DNA of 64,000 nt from Macrostomum hystrix (lineage: Eukaryota > Animalia > Platyhelminthes). Positions within the stretch are counted from its first letter, which is position 1; every line of letters begins with the position of its first letter. The stretch lies in contig CATNEN010000013.1 of assembly GCA_950097015.1 (NCBI GenBank), positions 310,001 through 374,000 on the forward strand, in the 5' to 3' direction. This document shows, piece after piece, positions 39,391 through 50,379 of this stretch. A program made the position numbers and the translations under genes. The notes under the pieces are model-generated. The model was not told where the DNA came from. It saw only the letters and a program-made list of their open reading frames with translations, and made no database searches.

Positions 39391-39757
39391 TAATCCATCC
39401 TTTCCTTCTAAAGGCTGCCAGTTTCTAAATTAAAAAAGCTTTGTTTCGTTTCCTTGGTAATTTTTTTCGTATATTTTGTCTCTCTTGAATTTGTTAGCTT
39501 TCAATATCATGCGTATTGTTGAGAAAAAATAAACTAGAATTGATTTGACTGTATTTTGTTAATTATTTGATTTCATTTTGTGATAAAGTCCTTCTTGTGA
39601 CTTAACCAAACCTAGAGTCTTGTCAGATATAAGATAACAGCAATAGGTATTATGTGATTGCTGAATTGCAGAAGTAACAGCCAGCAGAGCATCGGTTCAA
39701 AAAAATTAGCCTATCAGTGCGATTCGCCAAGCATCACGCGGTGTTATTGGGCAATAA

Positions 39758-42700
39758 ATGGGCGACTGCAGCGCCAACCGCGAGGAGAGCCTCCGCTGTT
39801 TGGGCTTCGCCAAGGCCGCTCTGTCAGCTGGCGATGTTGACAAAGCCGAGCGGCTCTTGCGCAAAGCCTGTCGTTTGGACGCTGCCAACGGCTGCCCGGA
39901 GGCGCAGCGCCTGCTAGACGAGATCGCTGTGGGCGGGCATCGCGGACCTGGCGGCGAGAATGCTGGCGCTGAAGCACGGAGGCGTCGAACCAGCAGCGGC
40001 GCCAGCGCGGGAGGTCATGCTGAGAAACAGTTCACAGATGAGCAGGCCAGCGGCGTGACTCGAATTCGTCAGGTGGGAACTTTAAAAATCTCGACAAAAT
40101 TCTTAACGGCTTTCAAAAATATGCAAACTGGTAGGTTGAGCAGTCACCCTCCCAGATCTTCAGGTTGAGCAGTCACCTTCGCAGATCCTCAGGTTGAGCA
40201 GCCATCCTCCCAGATCCTCAGGTTGAGCAGCCATCCTCCCAGATCCTCAGGTTGAGCAGCCATCCTCCAAGATCCTCAGGTTGAGCAGTCATCCTCCAAG
40301 ATCCTCAGGTTGAGCAGCCATCCTCCCAGATCCTCAGGTTGAGCAGCCATCCTCCAAGATCCTCAGGTTGAGTAGTCATCCTCCCAGACCCTCAGGTTGA
40401 GCTGAGTGAACAAATCGTGTTACTAAATGCTCTGAATTTTACAGGCCAAAGACTATTACGAGATCCTAGGCGTTGCCAAGGACGCCACAGATGACGATCT
40501 GAAGCGGTCGTATCGCAAGCTGGCGCTGAAGTTTCACCCGGACAAAAACAAGGCACCTGGGGCGCAGGAGGCCTTCAAGGCTATCGGCAATGCTTATAGC
40601 GTCCTTGCCGACCCCGCCAAGCGCAAGAGATATGACATGTACGGCTCCGAGGAGGAGCAGGCCGCTCGTCGTCATGGCAACGGCAGCGGCGCCGGATATT
40701 ATTACGAAGATTATTCGCGCGGCTTCGAGGCCGACGTGTCGCCTGAGGAAATCTTCAACATGTTCTTCGGTGGCGGCTTCCCAAGCTACGATTTGCGGCG
40801 CGGCCGTGGACGCAGGCATCACCAGCACGATGGCGGCGCTCGCGCTGCCGAAACAGCCGGTCGCAATGTCTACTCTATGCTGCTGCAGTTCGCCCCAATC
40901 TTCCTGCTCATGCTCATGTCTCTGCTATCAGGTTTCATGCAGCGCGACCCTTGGTACAACTTGGCAGCTAGCAAGTGAGCTTCAGTAGAGTAGCAGCTCA
41001 TTTCGAGTCCTTTTTTTCTTTTTATTCCATTCCCATGTCATTCTAATCCCAAATTCCACATTAGATCTTATTATCCCAATCCCATTCTCATTCTAATCCC
41101 AAATTCCACGGTAGATCATATTATCCCATTCCCATTCTCATCCCAAATCCCACGGTAGATCATATTATCCCATTCCCATTCTCATCCCAAATCCCACGGT
41201 AGATCATATTATCCCATTCATATTCTCATCCCAAATCCCACAGTAGATAATATTATCCCATTCATATTCTCATCCCAAATCCCAGAGTAGATCTTATTAT
41301 CCCATTCCCATTTTCATCCCAAATCCCAGAGTAGATCTTATTATCCCATTCCCATTCTCATCCCAAATCCCACAGTAGATCTTATTATCCCATTCCCATT
41401 CTCATCCCAAATCCCACAGTAGATCATATTATATTATTCTCATTCTCATCCTAAATTTTACAGTAAGATCTTATTATCCCATTCTTATCGTCACCAAAAG
41501 CCCCTAAATTCGAGTCTTTGAACGATGAGTAAACCCGCAATTGCTATTGGCAGCATCTACTCGGACAGCAGGCACACGCGTCAGTCGAATGTGCCCTACT
41601 ATGTCAAGCCCAACTTTCATTCTGAGTTCACCGGCAGTCTGGCCCAATTAGAGGCCGAAATAGAGGACGAATTCTTTCACAACCTGCGGGTCAAATGCTA
41701 TCGGGAGCGCAGCTACAGTGAGTGCCCAGTCTTTTGCTTTAAAAGTTACTTACTAGTGTCACTAGTTACTCAGTAGTGTTACTAGTTACTCAGTAGTGTT
41801 ACTAGTTACTCAGTAGTGTCACTAGTTACTCAGCAGTGTCACTAGTTACTCAGCAGTGTCACTAGTTACTCAGCAGTGTCACTAGTTACTCAGCAGTGTC
41901 ACTAGTTACTCAGCAGTGTCACTAGTTACTCAGTAGTGTCACTAGTTACTCAGTAGTGTTACTAGTTACTCAGCAGTGTCACTAGTTACTCAGCAGTGTC
42001 ACTAGTTACTCAGCAGTGTCACTAGTTACTCAGCAGTGTCACTAGTTACTCAGCAGTGTCACTGGTTACTCAGTAGTGTCACTAGTTACTCAGTAGTGTC
42101 ACTAGTTACTCAGTAGTGTCACTAGTTACTCAGTAGTGTCACTAGTTACTCAGCAGTGTCACTAGTTACTCATGATTTTCACTTGTTACTCAGCAGTGTC
42201 ACTAGTTACTCAGCAGTGTCACTGGTTACTCAGTAGTGTCACTAGTTACTCAGTAGTGTCACTAGTTACTCAGTAGTGTCACTAGTTACTCAGTAGTGTC
42301 ACTAGTTACTCAGCAGTGTCACTTATTACTCAGCAGTGTCACTAGTTACTCAGCAGTGTCACTAGTTACTCATGATTTTCACTTGTTACTCAGCAGTGTC
42401 ACTAGTTACTCAGCAGTGTCACTGGTTACTCAGTAGTGTCACTAGTTACTCAGTAGTGTCACTAGTTACTCAGTAGTGTCACTAGTTACTCAGCAGTGTC
42501 ACTAGTTACTCATGATTGTCACTTGTTACTCAGCAGTGTCACTAGTTACTCAGCAGTGTCACTAGTTACTCAGCAGTGTCACTAGTTACTCAGCAGTGTC
42601 ACTAGTTACTCAGCAGTGTCACTAGTTACTCATGATTGTCACTTGTTACTCAGCAGTGTCACTAGTTACTCAGCAGTGTCACTAGTTACTCATGATTGTC

Positions 42701-42957
42701 ACTTGTTACTCAGCAGTGTCACTAGTTACTCAGCAGTGTCACTAGTTACTCAGCAGTGTCACTAGTTACTCATGATTGTCACTTGTTACTCAGCAGTGTC
42801 ACTAGTTACTCAGCAGTGTCACTAGTTTCCTTCCCTCATCATTGCAGAGGAGTCCATGCAGTTCCGGGCCAGGTACTATCAGGACTCGCAGGCCTACAAG
42901 ATTGCTTCAAAGCTGACTACCCCGCATTGCGATATGCTACAAAAATACGGCGGATAG
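39758..42957 (+). CDS. DNAJB12: ER-membrane DnaJ homolog subfamily B member 12/14, 372 aa; exons 39758-40072, 40445-40974, 41554-41717, 42848-42957
   Basis: N-terminal [18 protein letters not shown]-domain [34 protein letters not shown] segment [16 protein letters not shown]-terminal [25 protein letters not shown]. Phases 0/2/1 are consistent. Confidence 0.93.
40133..40402. repeat. 29-bp minisatellite (CAGGTTGAGCAGCCATCCTCCCAGATCCT)n in DNAJB12 intron 1
   Basis: Direct periodicity; same family as 43776-44865. Confidence 0.95.
41020..41485. repeat. 44-bp minisatellite in DNAJB12 intron 2
   Basis: GTAGAT at 41111, 41155 and onward. Confidence 0.93.
41752..42826. repeat. 20-bp minisatellite (ACTAGTTACTCAGCAGTGTC)n filling DNAJB12 intron 3
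   Basis: Direct periodicity. Confidence 0.97.
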
Positions 42958-43775
42958 CCCAGCTAGGCATCCCAGACCCGCCAAACCCGCTGTCTAATCG
43001 CTTCTCTTATTTGAATAAGTCTCTTAAATATACGCTCGCAAATCATAGTATGTACTGTAGGCGCTTTAACTATTGTGTTTTATTTGGTTCTTCAACGCTG
43101 TACTTTTTCCCACACACACACACTGTGATCCGCTCGGTTAGCCGGTATCGAAGGTGTAAAAGGCCAAGCAATGTGACTAGCCGTACGTATGTTTACGTAT
43201 TTGAAAACTGCACATTGTATCTATAATAGCTATTAACAGTAGATAGACCACGCTATCTCTCCCCTGGGGAGAGACCACGGGGGGATATTTCAAATACCCA
43301 CTGCCAACTTCACCCCAGCTCCCAAACCGAATGACCGATTTTCTTTAAAGTCCAATGGATCGAGATTTTCCGCATTTCCGAGATTTCTACTGTTAAACCA
43401 CGTACATTGCACTAATAAGCAGTTTCGTTGTATTTGAGCTATAAAGATACATATTAATAAATAATTTCTGAGTATTGATGAGTTCTTTTCTTCTTGTCCC
43501 TCAGTTTCACCCGCCTGTAGGCTGCTAGAAAAATGCATGCACTCTTCATGCCTTAGGAGTGTCTTGTTTATTGATTATCTTTCTATTCTGTATTTGACAC
43601 CATTTTTTGTTCCATTATTTTGCTATTCGTAAGTCGCCAGTAACTTTATCTAGTCTGGGCTTCTCAAATTCAACCACGTTTTGCTGTGAATTTTAATGAG
43701 TGCAATGCAGTCACACGAATATTGGTTATTCACAGGTTTCAATTGTCTAGCCGACTGCCACTCAGAAACCTTCCC

Positions 43776-44865
43776 AGGTTGAGCAGACACTCTCCCAGAT
43801 CCTCAGGTTGAGCAGCAACACTCCCAGATCCTCAGGTTGAGCAGTCACCCTCCCAGATCTTCAAGTTGAGCAGTCACCTTCCCAGATCTTCAGGTTGAGC
43901 AGTCACCTTCCCAGATCCTCAGGTTGAGCAGCCATCCTCCCAGATCCTCAGGTTGAGCAGCCACCCTCCCAGATCCTCAGGTTGAGCAGTCACCCTCCCA
44001 GATCCTCAGGGTTTAGCAGCCATCCTTCCAGATCCTCAGGTTGAGCAGTCACCCTCCCAGATCCTCAGGGTTTAGCAGCCATCCTTCGAGATCCTCTGGT
44101 TGAGCAGTCACCCTTCCAGATCCTCAGGGTTTAGCAGTCATCCTTCCAGATCCTCAGGTTGAGCAGTCACCCTCCCAGATCCTCAGGGTTTAGCAGTCAT
44201 CCTTCCAGATCCTCTGGTTGAGCAGTCACCCTCCCAGATCCTCAGGGTTTAGCAGTCATCTTTCCAGATCCTCTGGTTGAGCAGTCACCCTCCCAGATCC
44301 TCAGGGTTGAGCAGCCATCCTTCCAGATCCTCAGGGTTGAGCAGCCATCCTTCCAGATCCTCTGGTTGAGCAGTCATCCTTCCAAATCCTCTGGTTGAGC
44401 AGTCACCCTCCCAGATCCTCAGGGTTGAGCAGCCATCCTTCCACATCCTCTGGTTAAGCAGCCATCCTTCCAGATCCTCTGGTTGAGCAGTCATCCTTCC
44501 AGATCCTCTGGTTGAGCAGCCATCCTTCCAGATCCTCAGGGTTGAGCAGCCATCCTTCCAGATCCTCAGGGTTGAGCAGCCATCCTTCCAGATCCTCAGG
44601 GTTGAGCAGCCATCCTTCCAGATCCTCTGGTTGAGCAGCCATCCTCCCAGATCCTCAGGGTTGAGCAGCCATCCTTCCACATCCTCTGGTTAAGCAGCCA
44701 TCCTTCCAGATCCTCAGGGTTGAGCAGCCATCCTTCCAGATCCTCAGGGTTGAGCAGCCATCCTTCCAGATCCTCAGGGTTTAGCAGCCATCCTTCCAGA
44801 TCCTCTGGTTGAGCAGCCATCCTTCCAGATCCTCTGGTTGAGCTCTCACCTTCCCGGATCAACAG
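43776..44865. repeat. 29/30-bp minisatellite, same family as DNAJB12 intron 1
   Basis: GTTGAGCAG(C/T)CA..CCAGATCCTC units. Confidence 0.96.
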
Positions 44866-45400
44866 GTTCAGCTGCTTATTGTAGAATTATAATAATAGTT
44901 TGCAATATTTTTACTGTCGTTGCAGGACCTCTAAGCTAACTATCAAAATATTGTCTATTACTTTTTCTAAGCTGAACCTTAGTTATGTTGTGCTTCAGTG
45001 GTATACAAAAATCGTTATTATTACTCTAAATATAATTTTAGTTTTTTAGTGTTAACGTAAATTAGTTTACTTGCTTTCTAGGGAAAGATGTGGGTAATGT
45101 ACTATTCGCTGCATTGTTTTTTTAATACTCTACTACTTTTAGTAGACTAGCGTTCTGTATTTTAGCTAGCGGACGCTAAAATAGACGCTAAATAAAAGAT
45201 TTCTATTGCACAGTTTAATAAAACAAAACCATTCTGAACTGGACTCTTCTTTCATTAGCTGTGCGTGCAAATCTGTTTTCGACAGTTTTTTGTTAAAATG
45301 GTTTTTATTAAATTATTTACTGTGCTGTACTTTATGCTGCCTTCTTAGTGGATTTGAGGCATTTTATATAATACTATGCGATTCATGAGTCTACCCACTG

Positions 45401-45414
45401 GTTGCCATGGCGAC
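45401..45414. promoter_or_regulatory. RFX X-box GTTGCCATGGCGAC
   Basis: One mismatch from the palindromic RFX consensus GTTGCCATGGCAAC; about 310 bp upstream of the ARM-TIR-SAM ATG. Confidence 0.5.
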
Positions 45415-45721
45415 AATGCCCGTGAGCATATTAGTGAGCTTGCGCGAACCTGGGTCTGTAGTACGCTTGGCGGGAGTGTACGAAGGTGTAGCACACCCTA
45501 AAGGTAAGACTTGTCTGCTCAAGCTGAGCTAGAGAGTACACCTGGCTGCTCTGAGTACATTCGGCTAACAGTACGGCAGTTTGAGCATTGAGTACACTTT
45601 CATTAGCCGAGCTCGCCCAGCGAAGCCATTTAAAGCCGCAGCAGCGTTTGTTCTGACGGACACGCGGCCTCCTCGGAGATTGCTGAGAGTTTTGAGCAGG
45701 AATTGAGCTCAGTTTGAGTCC

Positions 45722-48700
45722 ATGCTGAGTCGATCAAAGTCGACTGCGGCAGTGGCGCCGCCAAGCGAGCCGGAGTTCTCGATGGCAGCCTGCCGCCAAT
45801 GCCTGGCCGCCATCGGCGCCGACCTACCCGCAGTCGTTGGCGCGCAGCCGATAGGCGGCTTCGGGGACAAACCCGACGAGGCGGCGGCCGGCGCGTTGGC
45901 GCGTCTGTCACGCAGCTTCAGCCAGCTCAACTGGATGATGAGCCCGGTGGCATCGAAGAGACAGCAGCTGGAGGCCGAATTGAGCACGCTCGAGAAGGAG
46001 ATGCTGGACTCCGGCCTGGTGACTAGCCTTGTGGATTTGCTCGTGAAACTGCTGGACAGTTTCAAAGGCGCTGGCGACGAGCTGGCAGTCCGGGTGCTAC
46101 TCAGGCTGCTGAACTCCACGGACCGGTCCCTGGATTTCTGCCGCGGCTTCGTCGGCCAGGAGCGCTTCTTCCGCGCTTTTTTTCCCCGACTGCTCAACGC
46201 CCAGGAGGGCAACCGCATGCTGGAGCTGACTGCCGCGTCGTTGGTCGAGTGCGCAATGGGAATCGCTTACAATATGTACTTTAAAAATGACTCGGAGTTG
46301 TACAGAAGGCTGGCCGAGTACCCAGGTTTGGTGGACAGCGCCAAGCCCTACCTGGCCAGCCCCGTGACCCGAGTGGCGGTGAGTCGCGTTTGGTGTGGTG
46401 TGCCAGATTGCGGATTGTACGCCGCCATGAATTTGTGTGAAATTGTAGGCTCTCAAATCCAAGTGGGTGAGATTGCAGGCCCTCAAATCCAACTGGGTGA
46501 GATTGTAGGCCCTCAAATCCAACTGGGTGAGATTGTAGGCCCTCAAATCCAACTGGGTGAGATTGTAGGCCCTCAAATCCAACTGGGTGAGATTGTAGGC
46601 CCTCAAATCCAACTGGGTGAGATTGTAGGCCCTCAAATCCAACTGGGTGAGATTGTAGGCCCTCAAATCCAACTGGGTGAGATTGTAGGCCCTCAAATCC
46701 AACTGGGTGAGATTGTAGGCCCTCAAATCCAACTGGGTGAGATTGTAGGCCCTCAAATCCAACTGGGTGAGATTGTAGGCCCTCAAATCCAACTGGGTGA
46801 GACTGTAGGCCCTCAAATCCAATTTGGCGAGATTGTAGGCCATGGAAGCAAATGCGTTCAATGGGATATTGTAGAAATTCGAATCACTCGGTATCACAAC
46901 TTCTCCTCAACTTTAGATTCTACCTTGAGTTTAATGAAAATGAGAAATTCGGTCAATCTAAAAGTCCTACTGCTAGTAGACAGTGTAGAACGTAGTATTT
47001 TTTTGATTTTAAATAAAATGCATTGGCTCATCGATTTCTTTAAAAACAGGCAACAGCGCTGATTTTCATTGCCTTCGCGGTGGACGAGACTCAGGCTGGG
47101 ATATTTCTTGGCGCCAGAAAGAGCATCAACTACCTCATCAGCATTCTGCGCCTGGGACTCAAGGCTCCGGAGCGAAGCTGCGACGGCTACACGGTGGCCG
47201 AAGTGTCAAAGTGTGAGCTGGACTCAGTGGGCTGTGGGATGGGATGAATGGAGTGTGGGATGGGATGAATGAACTGTGGGATGGGATGAATGGAGTATGG
47301 AATGGGATGAATGGAGTGTGGGATGGGATGAATGGAGTGTGGAATGAGATGAATGGAGTATGGGATGGGATGAATGGAGTGTGGAATGGGATGAATGGAG
47401 TGTGGGATGGGATGAATGGAGTGTGGAATGAGATGAATGGAGTGTGGGATGGGATGAATGGAGTGTGGAATGGGATGAATGGAGTGTGGGATGTGATGAA
47501 TGGAGTGTGGAATGGGATGAATGGAGTGTGGAATGAGATGAATGAAGTGTGGAATGGGATGAATGGAGTGTGGGATGTGATGAATGGAGTGTGGAATGGG
47601 ATGAATGGAGTGTGGGATGAGATGAATGGAGTGTGGGATGAGATGGATGGAGTGTGGAATGGGATGAATGGAGTGTGGAATGGGATGAATGGAGTGTGGA
47701 ATGAGATGAATGGAGTGTGGGATGTGATGAATGGAGTGTGGAATGGGATGAATGGAGTATGGGATGGGATGAATGGAGTGTGGAATGGGATGAATGGAGT
47801 GTGGGATGAGATGAATGGAGTGTGGGATGAGATGAATGGAGTGTGGAATGGGATGAATGGAGTGTGGAATGAGATGAATGGAGTGTGGAATGGGATGAAT
47901 GGAGTGTGGAATGGGATGAATGGAGTGTGGGATGGGATGAATGGAGTGTGGAATGAGATGAATGTAGTGTTGGATGTGATGAATGGAGTGTGGGATGGTA
48001 CGATGGGATAGGCTCAATTGGATGAAGTCAAGTGTGGCATGAACAGTGAGATATGGAATGAAAGCAGGGGAGTAAGGTGGCAGGATGTGAGCAGGAGTCG
48101 TGGTGCTAATTGTCATCAACACCTGCAGGCATCAACCGGCTGGCTCTGAACGATGCCAACAATGACCTGCTGATCGACCTGAACGTGCTTCCAGTTGTTA
48201 GGCTGATGCTAGACAGCCAGGAGAGCCAGGACGTCCAGGAGGGCCTGGAGATTCTGTTCACCCTGAGCTTCAGCCAGCGGGGGGCCGAGCGCATCCGGTC
48301 TGAGTTCCGGGACCAGATCGACCGCCTGGAGGCCAGCGAACATTGGCGCCAGTCGCGTCAGCTTCGCGGCCTCGTCTTCCGTCTCAACGGCGAGGCGACT
48401 CCGAGTAAGCCGGCAGCCACTCGGTCGCGCCGGGTCATGCTGAGCTACAACCATGCCAGCAGGCGACAGGTCGAGCGGCTGCACAGTCGGCTTTGCGAGA
48501 GCCACCTGGACGTTTGGGTCGACTTCAGGCACCTGAAGGAGGGCTCAACTCTAGACGCGATGTCTGAGGCGGTTGAGAGCTCCCAGGTTGTGCTGCTCTG
48601 CGTATCCAGGCTGTACAAGGAGAGCAACAATTGCCGACTCGGTGAGATCCTCACCTGCTGACTGACTGACACTCTCACCTGCTGACTGTCTGACACTCTC

Positions 48701-49413
48701 ACCTGCTGACTGACTGACACTCTCACCTGCTGACTGACATTCTCCCCTGCTGACTGACTGACACTCTCACCTGCTGACTGACATTCTCCCCTGCTGACTG
48801 ACTGACACTCTCACCTGCTGACTGGCATTCTCACCTGCTGACTGACTGACATTCTCACCTGCGACCCGCTGCACACTCAGAGGCTGAGTACGCCTGGAAG
48901 TGCGGCAAGAAGCTCATCCCGGTGCTGATGGAGCCGAAGTACAAGGCTAGCGGCTGGCTCGGCATGCTCCTCGGCACGCAGCTCTACTTCGACCTCAGCG
49001 AGGCCAAGTACCCGTTCGAGGACAAATTCGCCCAGCTGTTGCCAGCCATCTTGACTGTCTTGGAAACGGCCGAATCGGAAACCCGACCTGGTCAGGCGGA
49101 ACAGGCGCACAGGATGCCGACCCCGGCTCCGCCACTGCCACCAATCCTTACCGCCGGCAGCGCCGACATTCGGGCCTGGGACGCCGAGCGAGTGTCGGTC
49201 TGGTGCTCGGAGCGCTGCCTGCCAAACCGGGTGGCCGAGATGCGCCTCACTGGCCGCGAGCTGCACTTCCTGCTAGGAGCAATGACCCGCTCGCCGGAGT
49301 TCTTTGGTCGCCTGCTGGAGCGCTACTTTGGCTTCGACAGGCTGCACGATCTGGCCGCGCTGGTGGCCGCGCTAGAGGACCTGGCCGCCGCGCAGTCCTG
49401 TCGACGCGCCTGA
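45722..49413 (+). CDS. ARM-repeat / TIR / SAM-like domain protein, 621 aa; exons 45722-46378, 47050-47212, 48129-48641, 48881-49413
   Basis: Helical ARM-like region (LLNSTDRSLDFC, MGIAYN, LALNDANN, EILFTLSF); TIR (VMLSYNH..VWVD..DAMSEAVESSQVVLLCVS..YKESNNCRLEAEYA..LIPV..GWLGMLLG..LYFD); SAM-like C-terminus (IRAWDAERVSVW..LTGREL). Phases 0/1/1 give an unbroken frame. Confidence 0.88.
46432..46840. repeat. 30-bp minisatellite (GGGTGAGATTGTAGGCCCTCAAATCCAACT)n in TIR gene intron 1
   Basis: Direct periodicity; stop-free, which falsely extends ORF 45722-47062. Confidence 0.96.
47232..48005. repeat. 21-bp minisatellite (ATGAATGGAGTGTGGAATGGG)n in TIR gene intron 2
   Basis: Direct periodicity. Confidence 0.96.
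48648..48862. repeat. 20-24-bp minisatellite (CTCACCTGCTGACTGACTGACACT)n filling TIR gene intron 3
   Basis: Direct periodicity starting a few nt after the donor. Confidence 0.93.
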
Positions 49414-49526
49414 CGTCCGACTTGATAGTCCGGAGTCTCCGTATTCGATTCTAATTTTTAAAAAGTATTTTTAACTTCTGTCTTCGATTGCGTTTTATCT
49501 TATTTTCAATCGAATCATTACTTCAC

Positions 49527-49972
49527 ACTCATGCATCGAGGTCCTGAGTTCGATTCAGAGCGAGGCCACATTCATTTGGTGGCTTGTCATGCAATTTACG
49601 CTCTTGAGGGCCAACCTCCAAGGCACAGTGAGAGAGTTTACACTGCTTAACGATCAGAACGTCAGGGCAGATGAAGCGTCCGACTCACGACTGAAAGGTC
49701 GGGGGTTCGATTCCCGTCTGCACTGGAACAGTTTGTATCCTTTAGCAAGACACTCAAATCTGTATTGCTTCAGTTCACCCAGCTGTTAAATGGGTGCCAG
49801 CATCAGCTGGGATAATTGAAGGTGGGTGTGGCGTCCCTCCAGTCCATGGACTGAACAGCCGTACACAGCCTTCACATGCACGGCGCAATAGCTGCGGCTG
49901 TGCATCTGACCCTATTGAGGCAGTTGTAATCAATCATTATTGTTAAAATAATAATTATTATTATTATTATGT
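49527..49972 (+). mobile_element. SINE chimera: family A 5' part (to about 49673) fused to family B with (ATT)n tail
   Basis: Two successive B-boxes (GAGTTCGATTC at about 49547, GGGTTCGATTCCC at about 49703); body matches 60500-60652, then matches 16985-17130. Confidence 0.83.
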
Positions 49973-50379
49973 ACAGTAATCGACTGTCTCTACTGTCTTT
50001 AACGCGTCTCCATAGTTACTTTACTAATTTTATAAAGAGTTTACATTAGTTGTGAAATCGTTTTCAATGTTAATAGTTCTACAAAATTAAACTGCAAACA
50101 TCCTTGTGTGAATAACTTAGCTGGAGGCTTTATCATTGTTTTACCTGCCTTTTAATACTGCAATATCAGCACAGATTGAACCACTGCACAACGGAAGGGT
50201 GGTCGAATGTGAAATTTGATGCTTAAAACACTTCCTGAACGTAGCAATCAAAGTGTTCCAAAGTTTATTAACTATCCATTTAAGATTTTTCACTCTACGA
50301 CTAAATTGTCACCTTCTGTTCGAATATTTATGTTTGCAGTGGCTCATCGCACTGATAATCTCATTCAGTGATTAGTACC

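Noticed and set aside
46379-47062. GEIVGPQIQL repeats as part of a 446-aa protein
   Set aside because: A strong donor at 46379 and phase-compatible downstream exons show this is intron 1.
47187-48122. His/Pro-rich and MNGVW ORFs, or telomere-like repeat
   Set aside because: 21-bp intronic minisatellite; not TTAGGG.
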